Positions 56,742-64,000 of a DNA stretch of 64,000 nt are shown piece after piece. The position numbers and the translations under genes were made by a program. Position 1 is the first letter of the stretch. Each line of letters opens with the position of its first letter. A model generated the notes under the pieces. It was not told the DNA's origin, did not search any database, and saw only the letters and a program-made list of their open reading frames with translations. This stretch comes from a virus, in IMG/VR virus record IMGVR_UViG_3300035703_000022, positions 64,001 through 128,000 of that record; one strand, given 5' to 3'.

Positions 56742-59700
56742 TTATTTATTTAAAAATTCTTTAAGTAATTCAATTTCTTTCTGTTGTTCCTTAACACATT
56801 CAATTAATAATCCAATCAAACCATTATAATTAACAGTTTTTGTATCCTCACCATTAACAAGTTCAGGAAGAACTTTTTCAACTTCTTGTGCGATTACACC
56901 CATTGACTTTTTGCCGTTTCCTTTCCAGGTAAAATTAACACCACTAATTTGAATAACTTTATCTAATGGATTTTTAATTTTTTCTATATTAGTTTTGAGA
57001 TTGATGTCGGAAGCGGAGTTATAGTCTGTAGATGTTATAACACCAGTAAACTTAGCATCACCAATTACATCTAATGATACTGTTGGAATTGCGGAACCAA
57101 TACCCAAATTGGTTCCAGTATTAACTAAAACAGTACCAACACCAGCAGTTGGTCCAATGTTGATTCTGGTAAATGAACCGGATAAACCACCAGTACCAAA
57201 GTTAATTGTTTTGGATGTTCCTATACCTGATGCACCTGCTTGAATATCAGTTTGTTGAGATACAAGAGAACGACCTAATGAAATTGTGCCAGTACCACCA
57301 GTTCCACCAATTAGTATAACTGCTGTTGTTTGAGTTGTTCCAAAGAAAAGACTTCCTGTTGCAGAACCAGTTAATGAAATTGAACCAATAGCAGATAATG
57401 TCCCTGAAAATGTTTGTATTCCACTAAAAGTTTGATTTGTTCCAAGAGTTGCAACAGTATCATCACTAGTAATTAAAGGTAATGTAAGGTTTCTGTTTGC
57501 AGCAATTGCAGAACCAACGATTGAATATTCAAAAGTGTTTGCTGGATTTCTAATTTTTAAGTTACTTGATTGGAACGTGGAAATTCCAGAAACATTAAAT
57601 TGCTGTGTTGTTAAGTTGGTTGTTGAAGTAACCCCTAATGTACTAATACCAGAAGAATTAATATTCGTTAGAGTGGCATTAGTGCTTGTTAGGGTAGTTA
57701 CAACACCAGTTACTATGTTTCCTGTGGTAAAGTTTCCTGTAGTATAAGTTGCTGTAGTACCACTTAGAGTTGTTATAGTACCAACACCAGCATTTATTTG
57801 ACCATTAAATGTTACAGCAGTAACTACTCCAGAGACATTCAGTTGTCCTAATGTTCCAACAGAAGTTAGTGAAGAATTTACAACACCAGAACCAAGAGTG
57901 GTCGCATTTAATACTGAAGTACCATTAATCTTATAATCATTTCCTGTAGTGGCATTAAATCCATTTGTAGTAACGACACCCGAAATAACAGCACCAGAAG
58001 AAGTTATAATCCCACTAAAGTTACCAGAAGTTGCTGTTAAGACTCCAACAGAAATGCCATTAGTTGTAGTATTACCTCTATTAGTAACAGTATCGAGTGT
58101 ATCAGTTTCAGTATAAGAAGTTAAATAAGTACTTGAGTCTACAGAACCGTCTGCCTTTAAGAACTGACTTGAGGTTCCTCCAGACTTAACAAATGATGAT
58201 GCTGTTATAATTCCAGTAGTATTAACAGATGCTGACTCAGTTAATGCGGATGCTATGCCAGCAGTGGTGGCATATCCAGAAGTAGTAGAATTACCATTAA
58301 TATCAATAGTATAAGTTCCACTTAATCTTGCGGAATTGATAGTACCTGTCGTAATATTTGCAGCATTTGCAAGATTAGTTGCAGTAGTGGCAGTTCCACT
58401 TAAGGTTGCAGTAATTATTCCTGCATTGAAATTTCCAGATACATCACGAGCAACAATAGTTGATACAGTATTAGCACTAGTTGCATTAGAAGTGACAGTA
58501 AATGTTGAGTTTCCAGATTGGTTTGCAGTAAATGAAGCAGAACCAGATAAACCAGTTCCGGAAACAGCAAGAGTTAAAGTTCCATTGTTTGGTGCAACTG
58601 TTGAAACACCAGTTACAAGACCTTTAGCATTTACAGTAACAACAGGAATTGCACCAGTTCCTCCATAAGTTCCAACATTACTATTAACCGTTGCTAATGT
58701 TGTTACAGTGTTATTAGATGATACATCACCGGAAAGATTTGGTATGTTTGTAGTTGATGTTGCAGTACCAGTAAGAGCACCTATGAATGTAGTTGCTGTA
58801 ACTACTCCAGAAGAATTAATATTTCTTACGACTGATAAATCTCTTTCGGTAAATTGAACACTACCAGCAGCAAGTCTTACTCCATTGGGTACTTGAGTGC
58901 TTCCAATACCAATTGCATAGTTACTTAACCAAGCATCTGTTCCTAGTCCGGAGAAAGTTCCAGACTTAAACCACATAAACTTTTTATATGTTGCTGGATT
59001 AGTTTCTCCAACACCAACATCGTAAAGTGAAATTAATGGTGTTCCTTCAGTTGATGCAATAGCAATACCACCATGATTTGCAGTATTGTCATTGGAAACG
59101 TCATTACCACTTCCATCAGTTCTTACACCTAAAACAATATCTGGGTCATAAATGTTTAGTGTTGATGAGAAAATTGTAGAAGTTGTTCCACCAATTGTAA
59201 TGTTTCCAGTTACATTTAAATTGCGATTGACTTGCAGATCTCTTGTAACTGTTACATCTTGTGGTGCAGTAAATTGTGATGGAATACTTAATGTGGGTGT
59301 AGAACCCTCACCAGTTCCACTTGTTACAGTAATCTGGTTTGACGTTCCAGAAATTGACTGAACATAATCACCCGTGGTATCAGTACCAAGAGCAACACTA
59401 TTAGGTTGAATAGTTGCTGCAAGAGATACATTGCCAGTGCCGTCAAAACTAATTGCAGATGCAACAACGTCACCAGTGATTTCGAAGGTTCTTGAATTTT
59501 GAAGTGCTGTTGATACTCCTGCAGTTGATGCATAAGTGGCACTAGAAGCATTACCCGTCAAAGAACCCTCAAATGTTGTTGCTTTGACTGTTAAAAATGT
59601 ACTTACACCCGAAGTAATATTAATATTAGATGTAATTAAATCTGGTAATCTATTGTCACTTATGGTTCCAGTAGTGATATTTGCAGCATCAGAAAGGTTG

Positions 59701-61421
59701 GTAGCAGTGGTTGCAGTACCAGTAAGATCACCTATGAATGTAGTTGCTGTAACTACACCAGTAAACTTAGCATCACCAATTACATCTAATGATACTGTTG
59801 GATTTGTAACACCAACTCCAAGATTACCAGAAACATAAGCACCACCAGAAACTTGAAGTGGTTGTGATGCTGTTCCTGTAGTTGTAGCAGTACCAATAAG
59901 AAGATTAGTTGGTGAAGGAATAGTAACAGTGCTAATCGCACCAGCAGTCGCAGAACCAACTGTAATAAGTGTTCTGGAACCAGAAGCACCACCAGTTCCA
60001 AGGTTGATTGTCTTTTGGTTTCCTGAACCACTAACAGCAGAAGCAATATCTAATGTATGAGTTTGTGTAGAACGATCAATAGTCATCGTTCCAGTTTGAT
60101 TCGTTCCACCTACAACTAATCCTCCGGATGTTAATTGAGTACCAAATGAAATAGTTGTTGACGTATTGCCAGTAAGAAGTGATGCAGTAACGTTTCCTGC
60201 GGTGATGGTTCCACCGGAAACTGTAAGGTTACTGTTTGTCGTAACAGAACCATCAACTTGTAGTGTTTGTTTTAAGGTTACTGGACTACTAAAGTGTGCG
60301 TCATTAGTTACATAAAGACGATTATTCAGTCTTGCTTCATTGTTAAGAATGATTGAAGACCTTGTGGAAATACCAGAAGAAGCAAGTTCAAGTGAAGGAA
60401 CATCAGTATTATATTGAAAAACTGTATCTGCACTAGAACCAACAATATATGCCTTTGATTGGTCTTCTTGATAAAATATTCCATTCGGCGTAAGTTCTTG
60501 GAAACCAACATAAACATTATCAAAGAATGTTGCGGTACTTAAGTCCCAAGGAGTTGTTAAATCAAATCTGGATACTACATCACGGGTTGAATCCGTAATA
60601 TACATCTTGGTTCCCGTGGTATTAAAATTGATACCAACTGGTACAACAAGAGTCAGTGGAAGATTTTGAGTGTTTGTGGCACCAATTAAAAGTGTGTAAT
60701 TAAGAGTTACGGTTGAATCAATTTCCCAAGCAGTAGAAACCGTATATTCATAAACAGCATCACCTGTGGCACCAACCACATACATCTTGGTTCCATCATC
60801 CTTAAAATAAACTCCTCCTGGTATTGTATCATTTGCACCAGAGTTAAAGTTTTTAAATGTAGTTCCAGCACCAGCAACAGTATCAGTAGTAACTCCAACA
60901 AGAGACCAAGGAGTGCTTAATGTATAAGAATAAACTCTATCACCAGTTAATGGAGAAACACCAGTTGTACCACAGATATACATTCTGGTTCCATCTGGTT
61001 TAAAATATAGACCAGCAGGGTTAGTATCTTGTGCGGCAACACTAAAATTAGTTGTAAATCCAGCACTACTAACTTCCCAAGGTGTAGATAGTTCATACTC
61101 ATTTACATCATTACCAGTATCACCAAGAATATACATCTTGGTTCCATCATCTTTGAAGAATATATCTTGTGGAGAAGTTTCTTCTCCCGATACTAATTTG
61201 AATGCCCCACCATACTCCCAAGAGTTTATGTCAACAACAGAACGAATGGAATTTATACCAGCAGCATCTGATCTACCGATTGATATGCTTCCACGAACAT
61301 CAAGTGCTGATTGTGGATCTGTAGTTTTTATACCTATTCTACCTGCATTAGTTGCAACTAATACTGTTGCACCAAGACCTACTTCTAGCCCGTTTTTTAC
61401 TCTGAAATTTTGATCAGCCAA
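56742..61421 (-). CDS. Tail fibre with N-terminal beta-propeller and C-terminal intramolecular chaperone (S74)
   Basis: SDINLKTNI...GVIAQEVEKVLPELV...VNYNGLIGLLIECVKE. Confidence 0.88.
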   Translation of the reverse strand: MADQNFRVKNGLEVGLGATVLVATNAGRIGIKTTDPQSALDVRGSISIGRSDAAGINSIRSVVDINSWEYGGAFKLVSGEETSPQDIFFKDDGTKMYILGDTGNDVNEYELSTPWEVSSAGFTTNFSVAAQDTNPAGLYFKPDGTRMYICGTTGVSPLTGDRVYSYTLSTPWSLVGVTTDTVAGAGTTFKNFNSGANDTIPGGVYFKDDGTKMYVVGATGDAVYEYTVSTAWEIDSTVTLNYTLLIGATNTQNLPLTLVVPVGINFNTTGTKMYITDSTRDVVSRFDLTTPWDLSTATFFDNVYVGFQELTPNGIFYQEDQSKAYIVGSSADTVFQYNTDVPSLELASSGISTRSSIILNNEARLNNRLYVTNDAHFSSPVTLKQTLQVDGSVTTNSNLTVSGGTITAGNVTASLLTGNTSTTISFGTQLTSGGLVVGGTNQTGTMTIDRSTQTHTLDIASAVSGSGNQKTINLGTGGASGSRTLITVGSATAGAISTVTIPSPTNLLIGTATTTGTASQPLQVSGGAYVSGNLGVGVTNPTVSLDVIGDAKFTGVVTATTFIGDLTGTATTATNLSDAANITTGTISDNRLPDLITSNINITSGVSTFLTVKATTFEGSLTGNASSATYASTAGVSTALQNSRTFEITGDVVASAISFDGTGNVSLAATIQPNSVALGTDTTGDYVQSISGTSNQITVTSGTGEGSTPTLSIPSQFTAPQDVTVTRDLQVNRNLNVTGNITIGGTTSTIFSSTLNIYDPDIVLGVRTDGSGNDVSNDNTANHGGIAIASTEGTPLISLYDVGVGETNPATYKKFMWFKSGTFSGLGTDAWLSNYAIGIGSTQVPNGVRLAAGSVQFTERDLSVVRNINSSGVVTATTFIGALTGTATSTTNIPNLSGDVSSNNTVTTLATVNSNVGTYGGTGAIPVVTVNAKGLVTGVSTVAPNNGTLTLAVSGTGLSGSASFTANQSGNSTFTVTSNATSANTVSTIVARDVSGNFNAGIITATLSGTATTATNLANAANITTGTINSARLSGTYTIDINGNSTTSGYATTAGIASALTESASVNTTGIITASSFVKSGGTSSQFLKADGSVDSSTYLTSYTETDTLDTVTNRGNTTTNGISVGVLTATSGNFSGIITSSGAVISGVVTTNGFNATTGNDYKINGTSVLNATTLGSGVVNSSLTSVGTLGQLNVSGVVTAVTFNGQINAGVGTITTLSGTTATYTTGNFTTGNIVTGVVTTLTSTNATLTNINSSGISTLGVTSTTNLTTQQFNVSGISTFQSSNLKIRNPANTFEYSIVGSAIAANRNLTLPLITSDDTVATLGTNQTFSGIQTFSGTLSAIGSISLTGSATGSLFFGTTQTTAVILIGGTGGTGTISLGRSLVSQQTDIQAGASGIGTSKTINFGTGGLSGSFTRINIGPTAGVGTVLVNTGTNLGIGSAIPTVSLDVIGDAKFTGVITSTDYNSASDINLKTNIEKIKNPLDKVIQISGVNFTWKGNGKKSMGVIAQEVEKVLPELVNGEDTKTVNYNGLIGLLIECVKEQQKEIELLKEFLNK

Positions 61422-61455
61422 GGTTCACTATCCCCTATGGTTTCTTTTATATTAT

Positions 61456-63999
61456 TTAGGCCTTAGTTGCAGTAAAACTAATCATGTAAGTGGTTATACC
61501 AGAACTTGCGGGTGTTGAAAGTAATCTAATATTTCCCCCAGAAATATCAACATCATAAGTTGACAATATTGAATCGTTATAAATCGTTCCATATTCAGTC
61601 AGATATGATGTAGTTCCATCATGAATAACAAGAATTTTTGTAGTATGGAACTTGGATCCCTCAGTTGCCTGAATCATATATTCAACAGATCTATATGTAG
61701 TTGAAGAAATTGCAGAATGAATCCCTACTTGTGACGTTGAAGAAGTACTCGAAGTACTTGAACCTTGCAAAGTATATGGAGTACTATAAGAAGTAAATGT
61801 AGGAGTATCCGTTAATCTAATTGATGCAATTCCGGAAATTGGTTGGGTGCCGGTTATATTACTACTATAAAAGTCAATAGTAGTATTAGTTGCACCAAAT
61901 CCAACATCACTGCCATTGACTTTTACATTAATAGCATCAAGTATACCAGCACCAGTCTCTGTAACTATTTTCCAAGACCAAGGAGATCCTGGACCATTTG
62001 ATGATAAAACGTAATTAGAAGATCCAGGATTATTGTTAGAATCATAGATTATATTACCAAGTTTTACCGATTCGAAAGTAGAAATACCAGAAACATTAAC
62101 TTGTTTAGCAAATAATGTCGTTCCTGTTACTGTAGTGATACCAGCAAATGTGGATACCCCAGAGACATTAAGTTGTTGTGATGTTAAGTTGGTTGTTGAA
62201 GTAACACCTAAGGTTGAAATTCCACTAGAATTAATATTCGTTAAAGTGACATTAGTACTCGTTAAGGTAGTTACAACACCAGTTACTATGTTGCCTGTAG
62301 TGACATTTAAAGTTGTTAGATTAGCATTAGTATAAGTTGCTGTAGTACCGCTTAGAGTTGTTATAGTACCAACACCAGCATTCACTTGACCATTAAATGT
62401 TACAGCAGTAACTACTCCAGAAACATTAACACCAGAAGAAGTTATAATCCCACTAAAGTTACCAGAAGTTGCTGTTAAGACTCCAACAGAAATGCCATTA
62501 GTTGTAGTATTACCTCTTGTAGTTACGGTATTAAGTGTATCAGTTTCTGAAAAAGCAGTTAAATAAGTGTTTGAATCAACAGAACCATCAGCCTTTAAGA
62601 ATTGACTTGAGGTTCCTCCAATCTTAACAAATGCTGATGATGTAGTTACACCCGAATTCCATATACCTGTTGCTGTTAAGAAACCGACTGTTGAGATACC
62701 GGAGACATTCAGTTGTCCTAATGTTCCAACAGAAGTTAGTGAAGAGTTAACAACACCAGAACCAAGAGTGGTCGCATTTAATACTGAAGTACCATTAATC
62801 TCATATTGCTTACCAGAAACAAGATTCCAATCTTCACTTGAAGTTAATGCGGATGCAGCATTATTCCAAGTGATGGTTTTTCTTATACCAGTAGATCCAA
62901 TACCAATTCCAGCACCATCAAGAAGTGCATTAGTTCCTACTGTGGTGGCAATACCAACATTAAAATCAGCTAATTCAATCGTGGAAGAATTAATAATAGT
63001 TTGAGTGCCATCTACATAAAGATCACCTCTAATTCTTACAAGTCCAGTATTATTTCCAACTGCTGCTGGATCAATGATAAGTTCTGCAGGGCCTGAAATA
63101 GTATTGGTTGTAATACCAATAAATCCAGAACCAGTTGTGAATTGAGATGCTGTTATAATTCCAGTAGTATTAACAGATGCTGACGCAGTTAATGCGGATG
63201 CTATGCCAGCAGTGGTGGCATAAGTAGCAATACCACTTGAAGTTGCATAAGTAGCAATACCACTTGAAGTTGCATAAGTTGCGGATGATGCATTTCCACT
63301 TAGGGTTGCAGTAATTATTCCTGCATTAAAATTCCCAGATGCATCACGAGCAACAATAGTTGATACAGTATTAACACTAGTTGCGTTAGAAGTAACAGTA
63401 AATGTTGAGTTTCCAGATTGGTTTGCTGTAAATGTAGCAGAGCCAGAAAGTCCAGTTCCGGAAACAGCAAGAGAGAGTTGTCCGTTATTTGGTGCAACTG
63501 TAGATACTCCAGTTACAAGACCTTTAGCATTTACAGTTACTCTAGGAATTGCTCCTGCATCACCATAAGTTCCTACATTACCATTAACTGTTGCTAGTGT
63601 TGTAACTGTGTTATTTGAAGAAACATCTCCAGATAGATTTGGTATGTTTGTAGTTGATGTAGCAGTACCAGTAAGAGCACCTATGAATGTAGTTGCTGTA
63701 ACTACTCCAGAAACATTAACTTGTTTAGCAAATAATGTAGTTCCTGTTACTGTAGTAATTCCAGAAAATGTAGAAACACCAGAGACATTAAGTTGCTGTG
63801 TTGTTAGATTAGTGGTCGATGTAACCCCTAAAGTACTGATACCACTAGAATTAATATTCGTTAAAGTGGCATTAGTACTCGTTAAGGTAGTAACAACACC
63901 AGTTACTATGTTACCTGTAGTGAAGTTTCCTGTATCAGAAATTATTGTAGTGCCTAATAAGGTTGTTATAGTGGCAAGACCGGAAACAACTTGTCCATC
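61456..63999 (-). CDS. Tail-fibre-like protein (5' end outside the window)
   Basis: Frame checked open from 62385 to the window edge; shares modules with 56742-61421. Confidence 0.85.
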   Translation of the reverse strand, partial: DGQVVSGLATITTLLGTTIISDTGNFTTGNIVTGVVTTLTSTNATLTNINSSGISTLGVTSTTNLTTQQLNVSGVSTFSGITTVTGTTLFAKQVNVSGVVTATTFIGALTGTATSTTNIPNLSGDVSSNNTVTTLATVNGNVGTYGDAGAIPRVTVNAKGLVTGVSTVAPNNGQLSLAVSGTGLSGSATFTANQSGNSTFTVTSNATSVNTVSTIVARDASGNFNAGIITATLSGNASSATYATSSGIATYATSSGIATYATTAGIASALTASASVNTTGIITASQFTTGSGFIGITTNTISGPAELIIDPAAVGNNTGLVRIRGDLYVDGTQTIINSSTIELADFNVGIATTVGTNALLDGAGIGIGSTGIRKTITWNNAASALTSSEDWNLVSGKQYEINGTSVLNATTLGSGVVNSSLTSVGTLGQLNVSGISTVGFLTATGIWNSGVTTSSAFVKIGGTSSQFLKADGSVDSNTYLTAFSETDTLNTVTTRGNTTTNGISVGVLTATSGNFSGIITSSGVNVSGVVTAVTFNGQVNAGVGTITTLSGTTATYTNANLTTLNVTTGNIVTGVVTTLTSTNVTLTNINSSGISTLGVTSTTNLTSQQLNVSGVSTFAGITTVTGTTLFAKQVNVSGISTFESVKLGNIIYDSNNNPGSSNYVLSSNGPGSPWSWKIVTETGAGILDAINVKVNGSDVGFGATNTTIDFYSSNITGTQPISGIASIRLTDTPTFTSYSTPYTLQGSSTSSTSSTSQVGIHSAISSTTYRSVEYMIQATEGSKFHTTKILVIHDGTTSYLTEYGTIYNDSILSTYDVDISGGNIRLLSTPASSGITTYMISFTATKA

Positions 64000-64000
64000 A

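Noticed and set aside
61456-62385. Complete 309-aa gene as given by the ORF track
   Set aside because: The frame stays open to the window edge; the GTG is internal.
45752-63004. Plus-strand ORFs within fibre and propeller genes
   Set aside because: Antisense shadows of low-complexity Thr/Gly/Ser codons.
50288-64000. Diversity-generating retroelement or invertible shufflon in the fibre repeats
   Set aside because: No reverse transcriptase or invertase in the window; repeats are direct and in frame, and I saw no adenine-specific divergence.

Overview
Window from a large T4-like cyanophage (myovirus), almost entirely on the minus strand. It holds: a photosynthesis/redox auxiliary gene block (psbD partial, gnd, talC, psbA with a PhotoRC-II-like leader, peroxiredoxin, petF, two hli, a cyanobacterial-type porin); a 12-gene nucleotide-sugar/glycosyltransferase operon containing nadE; 27 tRNA genes mixed with small ORFs, dps and several structured ncRNAs; a lysis/secreted-protein block; a modification-enzyme island (carbamoyltransferase, two radical SAMs, adenylating enzyme, sulfotransferase, SGNH-like proteins); and large beta-propeller and tail-fibre genes. 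The main new observation is an unannotated 32-aa leader peptide (24422-24520) with alternative 1:2/2:3/3:4 RNA pairings and a terminator, upstream of a 15-tRNA array. A 16-codon stretch of the leader uses exactly the 15 amino acids of that array, suggesting an attenuator that senses many tRNAs at once. Also notable: an rrn-type boxB-boxA before the array, a G_GGA_AAG -1 frameshift joining two endolysin ORFs, and twin 34-aa DPFIYK peptides in the modification island. Family calls come from motif recognition by eye; no database searches were run.
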